Below, in pieces: positions 11,119 to 23,783 of a DNA stretch of 64,000 nt; the first letter of the stretch is position 1, and each line of letters starts with the position of its first letter. Both the position numbers and the translations under genes were made by a program. The notes under the pieces are model-generated. The model was not told the origin of the DNA, did not search any database, and worked only from the letters and a program-made list of their open reading frames with translations. This DNA comes from Alphaproteobacteria bacterium (GTDB taxonomy: Bacteria; Pseudomonadota; Alphaproteobacteria; UBA828), in assembly GCA_965237415.1 (NCBI GenBank), contig CBDEFM010000002.1:416001-480000 (forward strand), read 5' to 3'.

Positions 11119-11931
11119 GGCCTGTTCACACTAACGCAGTGCATCGCATATGAGCGCGAAGAGGATGAACCCGAGGAAGATCACGTCGAGCTTCTCGAAT
11201 CGAGAGAAGATTCGGCGGAAGCCCTTGAGGCGTCGGAACAGGCGCTCGATTTCGTTGCGCCGCCTGTACATCTCCCGGTTGTATACCCAGGGGTCGCGCC
11301 GGGTCTTGAGCGGCGGAACCACGGGTGTGAAGCCGAGGTCGAGCGCCAGTTGGCGTGTCTCGTTGCCTTCGTACGCGCGGTCCATGATCAGACAGGGCTG
11401 GTGCGGTTGCGCGCCGAGGCGCTGGAGCAGCTTGCGCCCTTCGGGAGCATCGTGGGCCTGTCCGGGCGACAGCGAGAACGTTATGGCCGTCCGGGCATCC
11501 GCGGCAACCATATGAAGCTTGGTGGTCCAGCCGCCTCGGGATCTGCCGATCGACTGCGGTCCGTTTTTTTTAGCGCCCCAGTCCCGTCGGGATGCACCTT
11601 GACGATGGTGCTGTCCAGCGACAGCGCTTCGAGCTTGATGCGCACGATCTGTTCTCGTTGCAGCTGTTCGAAGACCCGGTCGAGGACGCCGTTCTTCGAC
11701 CAGCGGTTCATGCGCATGTAAATGGTGTGCCAATTGCCGAAGTGACTGGGCAAGCCGCGCCATTTGCAGCCATGCTCCGCCACGTACAGGATGGCGTTGA
11801 GCACCTGCAGGTTCGACAGGCTGACGTTGCCGCGTTGCACCGGAAGGTACGGGGCAATGCGAGCGTATTGGGCTTCCGTGATCTCCATCCGAGAATGATA
11901 ACACGATTCGCATAATTAGCGTGAACAGGCC
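11119..11931 (-). mobile_element. IS5-family insertion sequence (813 bp)
   Basis: Terminal IRs GGCCTGTTCACACTAA (11119-11134) and reverse complement GGCCTGTTCACGCTAA (11916-11931), 15/16 identical; CTA duplicated at 11116-11118 and 11932-11934 (CTAG target). Confidence 0.93.
11131..11888 (-). CDS. IS5-family transposase, two ORFs joined by a probable programmed -1 frameshift
   Basis: OrfA (11481-11888: GCKWRGLP..FGNWHTIY..RW, LDSTIVKVH) and OrfB (to 11131: IGRSRGGWTTKLH, MDRAYE, YRRRNEIERLF..LK) overlap at an A8 run (T8 at 11564-11571 on + strand). Confidence 0.88.
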
Positions 11932-13092
11932 CTAGTCCGCCCCCTGCCGGCGCACCTCATCCCAGGCCCAGTCGAGCCACGGGGTCAGTGCTTCGAGATC
12001 GTCGCTCTGCACCGTGCCGCCGCACCAGATACGAAGCCCCGGCGGGGCGGCCCGGTGGGTCTTGATATCATATGCGGCGTCTTCCGCCTCCAGCATGGCG
12101 GTCATCCGCTTGATCACGGTCCATTGATCGTCCGCCCCGAGCCCGCTGAACCAGGGATCGACGATACTGAGGCATACCGATGTGTGGGAGCGCGTCTCCG
12201 GCACCTGGGCGAGGAAGTCGATCCAATCGCGCGCCGCCACCCACGACTCGATGACGCCGAAATTGGCGCGTGCCCGGGCGATCATGCCGGTCTGGCCGCC
12301 GATCGATTCGATCCAGCGGAGCGCGTCGAGCGTGTCTTCGACCGCCATCATCGAGACCGTGTTGATGGTCTCGCCGCGGAAGATGCCCTCGTTGAGCCTG
12401 CCGTCCCCGGTGGTGAGGCGGAAGACTCTGGGTACCGGCCAGGGCGGCGATTCGCTCTCCAGCCGCGCCACCGCGCGCGGGCCGAGGATCAGCATGCCGA
12501 ACCCGGCCTCGCCGCCCAAGGCCTTCTGCCAGGAGTAGCTGGTCGCATCGAGCCTGGTCCAGTCCATCGGATAGGCGAGGACGGCGGAGGTGGCGTCGCA
12601 GAGCGTGAGCCCTGCGCGATCGGCGGCGATCCACTCCGCATCGGGGACCCGCACGCCCGAGGTGGTGCCGTTCCAGACGAATACCGTGTCGCGGTCGGGA
12701 TCGACCTGCGCGAGATCGGGCAGGCGGCCGTATGGCGCGTCGAGCACGCGCGAGTCCAGAGGGCGCAGCTCGCGCCCGCCGTCGTGCGCCCATAGCGCGC
12801 CGAAATTGTCCCAGCTCAGGAAGTCCACCCCGCGCGGGCCGAGCAGCGACCACATGGCCATCTCGATGGCGCCGGTGTCGGAGCCCGGAACGATTCCGAT
12901 CCGCCACTCGTCCGGCAGCCCGAGGAGCGCGCGCGATCGCTCCAGCAGCTCCTGGATGCGCGCCAGCGGCTCGCGCGCCCGATGGGACCTGCCGAGCAGC
13001 GCGCCCGAGAGGACGTCGACCGACCATCCGGGCCGCTTGGGGCACGGCCCGGAGGAGAAGAGGGGGGTGTCGGGACGGACGGCGGGCTTCAT
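11932..13092 (-). CDS. serC: Phosphoserine aminotransferase (alphaproteobacterial/Methanosarcina type)
   Basis: FSSGPCPKRPGW, GRSHR, GSDTGAIE, WNGTTSGV, DATSA, SWQKALGGE, GLRIWCG. Confidence 0.92.
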   Translation of the reverse strand: MKPAVRPDTPLFSSGPCPKRPGWSVDVLSGALLGRSHRAREPLARIQELLERSRALLGLPDEWRIGIVPGSDTGAIEMAMWSLLGPRGVDFLSWDNFGALWAHDGGRELRPLDSRVLDAPYGRLPDLAQVDPDRDTVFVWNGTTSGVRVPDAEWIAADRAGLTLCDATSAVLAYPMDWTRLDATSYSWQKALGGEAGFGMLILGPRAVARLESESPPWPVPRVFRLTTGDGRLNEGIFRGETINTVSMMAVEDTLDALRWIESIGGQTGMIARARANFGVIESWVAARDWIDFLAQVPETRSHTSVCLSIVDPWFSGLGADDQWTVIKRMTAMLEAEDAAYDIKTHRAAPPGLRIWCGGTVQSDDLEALTPWLDWAWDEVRRQGAD

Positions 13093-13123
13093 GCGCGGTA
13101 CAGCCGGTGCGGGCCTCTCGGGC

Positions 13124-13906
13124 TCAGACCGTGATCGTCCCTGCGAGGTACTGAACGGCACGTCCGGCAAGCCGCACACGCTCGCCGGCGACCGTGCAGT
13201 GCACGACCCCGCCGCGTGCTGAAACCTGGTGGGCGTGCAGGGTGGTCTTGCCCAGGCGCTCGGCCCAGAAGGGAGCGAGCATGCAATGAGCTGACCCGGT
13301 GACCGGGTCTTCCGGCACCCCTAGTCGGGGGCAGAAGAACCGCGAGACGAAGTCCGCGCTCTCACCCGGCGCGGTCACGATGACCCCGCGCCGCGCGTCG
13401 AGCCGCGTCAGCGCCGTCATGTCGGGCGCGATCGCCCTGATCTGGGCTTCGGTCTCGAAAAGCGCGAGGTAGTCCATGTCGGCGAAGACGGCCACGGGTG
13501 TCGTGCCCAGGCCTGCGGAGAGATCGGCCGGCGTCTCCACAGGGTCCGCCGCAAGCGCCGGAAAATCCATTGTCAGGCCGTCGTCGCCGCGGGCCACATC
13601 GAGACGCCCGCTCCTGGTATCGAAAGCGACCGCATCGGCGTCCGGCCGCAAATGATGAAACACGACGTGGGCGCTGGCGAGGGTCGCATGGCCGCACAGA
13701 TCGACCTCGGCCAGCGGCGTGAACCAACGCAAGGCGTAGGCGCCGTTGGCGGGCACGAAGAACGCGGTCTCCGACAGGTTGTTCTCGTACGCGATGGCCT
13801 GCAGCGTGGGGTCGTCGAGCCAGGAATCCAACGGGCAGACGGCAGCGGGATTGCCGCCGAACACCGTATCGGTGAACGCATCGATCTGGAATATTTGCAG
13901 CCGCAT
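13124..13906 (-). CDS. PhzF family isomerase
   Basis: QIDAFT..FGGNPAAV, NNLSETAF, EVDLCGHATLA, EDPVTGSAH; start placed at ATG 13906. Confidence 0.9.
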   Translation of the reverse strand: MRLQIFQIDAFTDTVFGGNPAAVCPLDSWLDDPTLQAIAYENNLSETAFFVPANGAYALRWFTPLAEVDLCGHATLASAHVVFHHLRPDADAVAFDTRSGRLDVARGDDGLTMDFPALAADPVETPADLSAGLGTTPVAVFADMDYLALFETEAQIRAIAPDMTALTRLDARRGVIVTAPGESADFVSRFFCPRLGVPEDPVTGSAHCMLAPFWAERLGKTTLHAHQVSARGGVVHCTVAGERVRLAGRAVQYLAGTITV

Positions 13907-14002
13907 GCAACAGTTTATTGACGATCGCGTACAGGCATGCAAGGTGAGGCACGGGCTGCGGCGCCGCGCGCCGCGCCGCAACGATCGGGTTCCGCCGACG
14001 GC

Positions 14003-15439
14003 ATGAACCGCGTCTCCTTGCGAGAGTTCCGGGTGACCGCGTTTGCTGCCACAGTGGGTGCGGCGGCGCTTTGCATGGCCGCGCTCGCCGCGCCGCAGGC
14101 AAAGGGCGCCGACTTCTTCGAGGCCTACGAGGCGTTTCAACGCGGCGACTACGACGAGGCGCGCGCGGCTTGGTCCAAGCTCGCCCACGCCGGCGATGTC
14201 GACGCGCAGTTCAATCTCGGCACACTCTACGAGAACGGATTAGGCGTGTCGGAAGACGCCGAGAAGGCGGCGCGCTGGTACCGGGCTGCGGCGGCCCGCC
14301 GCCTCGACCTCGCCCGCCTCGCATTGGCGCGGCTGCAGCGCGTCGGTGTGCTCGAGCCCGACCCGGACGAGGACCAGATCAAGCTCCTGGAAACCGCCGC
14401 CCGCCGCGGCCTGGCCGAGGCCCAGTTCGAGCTCGGCGTGGCCTATGACCTCGGGCTCGGCGTTACCCAGAATCACGCGACCGCGGCGGGCTGGTATCAG
14501 CGCGCGGCCGAGCAGGGCCTGACCGACGCCCAGTACAACCTGGCGACGCTCTACGACGAAGGGCTGGGGACGCCGCGCGATATCGAGCGGGCGCAAGACT
14601 GGTACATGCGTGCTGCCGACGCCGGCGAGGCCCGGGCCATGAACAATCTCGGGTATATCTACGAGAAGGGCCTGACGGGGGTGAGGGACTACGGCAAGGC
14701 GGTCGTCTGGTATCGCCGCGCCGCACGCAAGGGCCTCGCAATCGCGCAGAGCAATCTGGCGGCGCTTCACTATCTCGGCCGCGGCGTAACGCGCGACTTC
14801 GAGCAATCCTATCGCTGGTACAAGGCGGCTGCCGAACAGGGCGACGCAGTGGGTCGGAACGGCCTCGGCTTGCTCTATGCGAACGGCCTCGGCGTCGAGC
14901 GCGACCTCGTCCAGGCAATGGCCTGGTTCAACCTCGCTGCCCATGCGAAAGGCTCGGCCGGTGCAGATGCGATGACCTACCGCGATCGTCTCTCGCGCCT
15001 CATGTCGCCGGCTGAGAGCGCCGAGGCGGAAGCATTGAGCATCGAGATCGCGGCCCGGGCCGATGCCGAAAACGTGCCCAATATACCTGCTTTCGGCGTC
15101 GCTATGCCGAGGCCGGCGAACGGCTTCGGGGATTCCGCCATTTACGCGCAGAGGCTTCTCAAGTCGCTGGGATACTATGATGCGGCGGTCGATGGAGTTG
15201 CCGGCGAGCTCACCATCAAGGCGACACGGCAGTTCTTGCGGGAGAATGAGCTGTCCATGGCCCCGCAGATCACGCGGGATCTGGTGGCAGCGCTGGAGGA
15301 GGAACGGGTGGAGCGGATCGCGGCTGCCGCCGCCGCTGCTGCCGCCGCCGCTGCTGCCGCCGAGGAGGCCGCGGGGCAGGAACGCATAGATGAGCTTCCC
15401 GAACAGGCGGCTGAGCTTAACGGGCAGGACCGGTTATGA
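14003..15439 (+). CDS. Exported Sel1-repeat protein with probable C-terminal peptidoglycan-binding domain
   Basis: Signal peptide; about 6 repeats of A(Q/M)xNLGxxYxxGxGVxxD..A..WY..AA; AQRLLKSLGYYDAAVDGVAGELT resembles PG_binding_1; poly-Ala tail. Confidence 0.82.
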   Translation: MNRVSLREFRVTAFAATVGAAALCMAALAAPQAKGADFFEAYEAFQRGDYDEARAAWSKLAHAGDVDAQFNLGTLYENGLGVSEDAEKAARWYRAAAARRLDLARLALARLQRVGVLEPDPDEDQIKLLETAARRGLAEAQFELGVAYDLGLGVTQNHATAAGWYQRAAEQGLTDAQYNLATLYDEGLGTPRDIERAQDWYMRAADAGEARAMNNLGYIYEKGLTGVRDYGKAVVWYRRAARKGLAIAQSNLAALHYLGRGVTRDFEQSYRWYKAAAEQGDAVGRNGLGLLYANGLGVERDLVQAMAWFNLAAHAKGSAGADAMTYRDRLSRLMSPAESAEAEALSIEIAARADAENVPNIPAFGVAMPRPANGFGDSAIYAQRLLKSLGYYDAAVDGVAGELTIKATRQFLRENELSMAPQITRDLVAALEEERVERIAAAAAAAAAAAAAAEEAAGQERIDELPEQAAELNGQDRL

Positions 15440-16269
15440 AGCGTACGCTTTCCACAATTCCTACCGCGCCGGTGGCGCTGGCCGCAACAGTTGGGCTGGT
15501 GTTGGCGCTGCTCGTCGGATGCGCGCCGGGCGAAGAGCCCTATGTCGAGCGTCCGGTCGAGGAGCTCTACAACGAGGCGATGGACAGCCTGTTGGATGAA
15601 GACTTCGAGGCTGCGGTGGCCGGCTTCGCCGAGGTGGAGCGCCAGCACCCCTATTCGGTGTGGGCGACGCGGGCGCAGATCATGTCGGCGTTTGTCTACT
15701 ATCAGAGCAACCGCTACGACGACGCCATCGCCGCGGCGGGCCGGTTCATCGAGCTGCATCCCGGAAATCGCGACGCCGCCTACGGCTACTACCTGATCGC
15801 CATGTCCCATTACGAGCAGATCACCGACGTGAACCGCGATCAGAGGACGACGGCGCTTGCGCTGCAGGCGCTTGAGGAGGTGGTGCGCCGCTTCCCCGGC
15901 AGCACCTATGCGCGCGATGCCCGCCTCAAGATCGATCTGGCGCGCGATCATCTCGCCGGAAAGGAGATGACTGTCGGACGCTACTACCTCAGGCGCGGAA
16001 ACGCCGTCGCGGCGATCGGGCGCTTTCGCAAGGTCGTCGAGCTCTACCAGACCACGAGCCACGCGGCGGAGGCGCTGCATCGCCTGACCGAAGCGTACCT
16101 GGCGCTCGGGGTCTCGGGCGAGGCGCAGACTGCGGCCGCGGTTCTCGGCCACAATTACCCGGGCAGCCGCTGGTACGAGCACAGTTACGCCCTGCTCGTC
16201 GACTCCGACCTGACGCCCGAGGCGGACGAAGAATCCTGGATAAGCCGCGTCTTCGGCGATCTGCTCTGA
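15436..16269 (+). CDS. bamD: Outer membrane protein assembly factor BamD
   Basis: Lipobox LVGC, VERQHPYSVWA, RDHLAGKEMTVGRYY, LGHNYPGSRWY; upstream of recN. Confidence 0.93.
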   Translation: MKRTLSTIPTAPVALAATVGLVLALLVGCAPGEEPYVERPVEELYNEAMDSLLDEDFEAAVAGFAEVERQHPYSVWATRAQIMSAFVYYQSNRYDDAIAAAGRFIELHPGNRDAAYGYYLIAMSHYEQITDVNRDQRTTALALQALEEVVRRFPGSTYARDARLKIDLARDHLAGKEMTVGRYYLRRGNAVAAIGRFRKVVELYQTTSHAAEALHRLTEAYLALGVSGEAQTAAAVLGHNYPGSRWYEHSYALLVDSDLTPEADEESWISRVFGDLL

Positions 16270-16279
16270 CGCGGGGCAG

Positions 16280-20752
<4,473 letters not shown>

Positions 20753-20755
<3 letters not shown>

Positions 20756-21124
20756 CCTGCTTTTCTCGCCGAGGTCCGGGGCTCTCTGTACCGCACACAC
20801 GACCCTGCTGGCCTGCGCGACCCTATGTGCCGCGCGCACGACCTTTCAGGCGTGCGCGACTCTGTTTGGAGCGCTCGGGACCTTTCGGGCCCGCGCGACC
20901 CCGGACCATGGTGCGATGCAGGGTGCGCCGCCTCTGCGTCAGGATCGCGCCATGAAAGGCGAGAGTGAGCGGATCACCACAGGCGGGGAGCGCGGGCGTG
21001 CGCGGCTCTGTCCTGCGGAATCCCACTTATCCCACTTAATCCCGCCGAATCCCGCTTCAAGATTAAGTTCTGCCCTAGGCGGTCGGCGGAACCGAGCCGC
21101 GACCGTGGCGAGAAATCCGGGCTA
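20753..21124. mobile_element. Putative non-autonomous element (MITE-like, ~372 bp), copy A
   Basis: Imperfect terminal IRs (TAACCTGCTTTTCTCGCCGAGGTC vs reverse complement TAGCCCGGATTTCTCGCCACGGTC, 18/24); 20898-21124 is homologous to 46374-46634. Confidence 0.6.
20793..20909. repeat. Three degenerate 39-bp tandem repeats
   Basis: Units start at 20793, 20832 and 20871 and share GC....GACC.T...GGC..GCGCGAC. Confidence 0.6.
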
Positions 21125-21445
21125 CTGGACGCCGCGCGATACGTTGAGCCCGACCACCCCAATGATAATGAGGACGATGGAGCCGATCCTGAGCGGCCCC
21201 ATCGGCTCCTTGAACCAGATGTAGCCGATCATGGCGATCGCCGCGGTCCCGATGCCGGCCCAAATCGCGTACGACAGGCCGAGATCGATCTTCTTGAGCG
21301 CGAGCGCGAACAACACGAAGCTGACCCCGTACAGAACGAAGATCAGCGCCGCGAAGATCGGCTTGGTCAGGCCCTCGCTCAGCTTCATGCAGGTCGTGCC
21401 GCCCACCTCGAACACGATGGCGAGAGCGAGATAAAACCAATGCAT
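21122..21445 (-). CDS. SMR family multidrug efflux transporter (EmrE/QacE-like)
   Basis: 107 aa, 4 TM; AIVFEVGGTTCMKLSEG and YAIWAGIG motifs. Confidence 0.9.
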   Translation of the reverse strand: MHWFYLALAIVFEVGGTTCMKLSEGLTKPIFAALIFVLYGVSFVLFALALKKIDLGLSYAIWAGIGTAAIAMIGYIWFKEPMGPLRIGSIVLIIIGVVGLNVSRGVQ

Positions 21446-21738
21446 GGGGCGACTCCCTGCGCTTGCCGACCGAGGCTCGTCCTTCTGTGATGAGCCCCCA
21501 TAAGTCAAGGCATAGGGCGACGGAATGGAGGAGCCGTAGATCGGCTGGGGGGCCGGGGAGAGCGGGAGAGTGAACCCGATCGCGGTGCGGGCGGAGCCGA
21601 GGACTCGCGGTTGCCTCAGGGCCGGTCTCCCAATAACATCCTGCCGCCCGGAGTCATCGGGAGGCCGGGCCACAATCGAATGGGCGAGCCGCCGGGTCCG
21701 CGAGGCTGGCGCTCATCCTAACGTGCGGGAGAGTGGTG

Positions 21739-23781
21739 TTGGCAGATTATCTGGTCGGTATCGACGTTGGCGGCACGTTCACGGATTTCGTGAGCTACAA
21801 TTCGGAGACCAGGGCGATCGACGTGTGGAAGATTCTGTCCACGCCGCACGACCCCAACGAAGGCGTCCTCGGCGGTCTCGGGCACTTCGAGGCACCGTCG
21901 GACATCCGCAACATCAGGCTCGGGACCACGGTGGCGACCAACGCGATCCTGGAGCGCAAGGGCGCCACGGTGGCCTACGTGACGACCGAGGGTTTTCGCG
22001 ACATCCCCTTCATCCAGCGGGGCAACCGGCGCAGCCACTACGACATCACCTGGATCAAGCCGAAGCCGCTGGTCAAGCGGCGGCATTGCTACGAGGTCAA
22101 CGAGCGGATCATGGCCGACGGCACGGTCCACGTGCCGCTCGACGAGGACGGGGTCCGCGCCATCGCGCAGCAGATCAGGGAGGACGGCTCCATCGAGGCG
22201 GTGGCCCTCAACTTCCTGTTCTCATACGTAACCCCGGACCACGAACGGCGCGCCAAGGAGATCCTGGAGGAAGAGCTGCCGGATATTCCGATCTCCATCT
22301 CCTACGATGTGCTGCCCAAGTGGAAGGAGTACGAGCGCGCGTCGACCACCATCGCGGACGCCTATGTGAAGCCCGTGGTGAACAGCCAGATCGCAAACCT
22401 GCGCGAGCGCTTCAAGGAGAGCGGGATTACCGATCAGGCCGTCGTCATCAAGTCCAACGGCGGCGAGATGACGCTCGAGGCGGCGCAGAGAACGCCGATC
22501 CAGATGACCGTCTCCGGCCCCACGGGCGGGGTGATCGCGGGCAAGCACGTCGCCAAGCTGAGCGACATCAGCCATCTTGTCACCCTCGACATGGGCGGCA
22601 CGTCGACCGACACGTCAACGATCGTGGGCGGGAAAGAGAACTTCACCACCGACTACGAGGTGGAGTTCGGCGTCCCCATCCAGATCCCGATGATCGATAT
22701 CCGCACCATCGGCGCGGGCGGCGGCTCCATCGCCTGGATCGACAAGGGCGGCATGCTGCGCGTGGGACCAGAGAGCGCGGGCGCGAACCCCGGCCCCGCC
22801 TGCTACGGCACCGGCGGCGAGCGCCCGGCGGTCACCGACGCCAACCTGTTGCTCGGCCGGATCAACCCCGAGAACTTCCTCGGCGGTGAAATGGCCCTCG
22901 ATATGCAGGCGGCGGAGAAAGCGCTCGCCAGCGTCGCCGGGCCGCTCGGGCGCACCGCGGAGGAGACCGCACTCGCCATCGTGCAGATCGCCAACAACAA
23001 CATGGTGGGCGCGCTGCGCTCGGTGCTGATCGAGCGCGGTCTCGACCCGCGCGATTTCGCATTGCTCGCCTTCGGCGGCGCCGGCCCGCTGCATGCGGCC
23101 GACCTGATGAACGATGCCGGCATCCCGTCGGGCGTCATTCCCAACTACCCCGGCCACTTCTCGGCCTTTGGCTTCATCCTCACCGACGCGCGCGTCGATG
23201 TGCAGCGCACGGTGCAGATGACGTCGAAGCGCTTCGATCAGGCCCGGGCGTCCGAGGTGATGGCAGCGCTGATCGAGACCGGCATCGCCGAGCTGAAGGC
23301 GCAGGGCTACGTCAAGAACATCGAGATCCATCGCTCGCTGGAGATGCGCTATCTGGGCCAGAACTACGAGCTGGAGATCCCGGTCGCCTTCGATTCCTTC
23401 ACCGACGAGACGACGCCCAAGGTCTGGCAGGCGTTCCATGACATGCACTTGGCGCGGTTCGGCTTCAACATCCCGCGCGAGGTGATCGAGGTCATCACCG
23501 TCAAGGCGACCGTCGTCTCGCTCACCGAGAAGCCGGATCTCGCCACCATCGGCAAGGCGGACGGCGGGCTTGAGGCCGTGGCCACACGCTCGGTCGTGTT
23601 CGACGACGGCCGCCACGAGACGCCGATTTACGACCGCGCCCAGCTGCGCGACGGCCACACGATCACCGGCCCCGCGGTCATCGAGGAGCCGGTCTCGGTG
23701 ACCGTGCTGCGCCCCGGCCAACCCATGAAGGTGGATCAGTACGGCAATCTTCTGATCGGCCGCATCGCCGAGGAGGCCTGA
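21739..23781 (+). CDS. Hydantoinase/oxoprolinase subunit A (HyuA-like)
   Basis: GIDVGGTFTD, DMGGTSTD, GAGGGSIA, AGANPGPACYG; start uncertain (GTG 21733/21736 or TTG 21739). Confidence 0.9.
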   Translation: MADYLVGIDVGGTFTDFVSYNSETRAIDVWKILSTPHDPNEGVLGGLGHFEAPSDIRNIRLGTTVATNAILERKGATVAYVTTEGFRDIPFIQRGNRRSHYDITWIKPKPLVKRRHCYEVNERIMADGTVHVPLDEDGVRAIAQQIREDGSIEAVALNFLFSYVTPDHERRAKEILEEELPDIPISISYDVLPKWKEYERASTTIADAYVKPVVNSQIANLRERFKESGITDQAVVIKSNGGEMTLEAAQRTPIQMTVSGPTGGVIAGKHVAKLSDISHLVTLDMGGTSTDTSTIVGGKENFTTDYEVEFGVPIQIPMIDIRTIGAGGGSIAWIDKGGMLRVGPESAGANPGPACYGTGGERPAVTDANLLLGRINPENFLGGEMALDMQAAEKALASVAGPLGRTAEETALAIVQIANNNMVGALRSVLIERGLDPRDFALLAFGGAGPLHAADLMNDAGIPSGVIPNYPGHFSAFGFILTDARVDVQRTVQMTSKRFDQARASEVMAALIETGIAELKAQGYVKNIEIHRSLEMRYLGQNYELEIPVAFDSFTDETTPKVWQAFHDMHLARFGFNIPREVIEVITVKATVVSLTEKPDLATIGKADGGLEAVATRSVVFDDGRHETPIYDRAQLRDGHTITGPAVIEEPVSVTVLRPGQPMKVDQYGNLLIGRIAEEA

Positions 23782-23783
23782 CC

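Noticed and set aside
11481-11580. Transposase as a frameshifted pseudogene
   Set aside because: The split falls at an A8 slippery run typical of programmed -1 frameshifting in two-ORF IS5 elements, and the IRs are intact.
20793-21060. CRISPR array
   Set aside because: The repeats are degenerate and directly tandem, with no unique spacers and no cas genes.
21446-21730. Guanidine riboswitch upstream of the SMR gene
   Set aside because: Only one imperfect GGACGA hairpin is present, not the paired ACGR hairpins, and the protein looks EmrE/Qac-like rather than Gdx.
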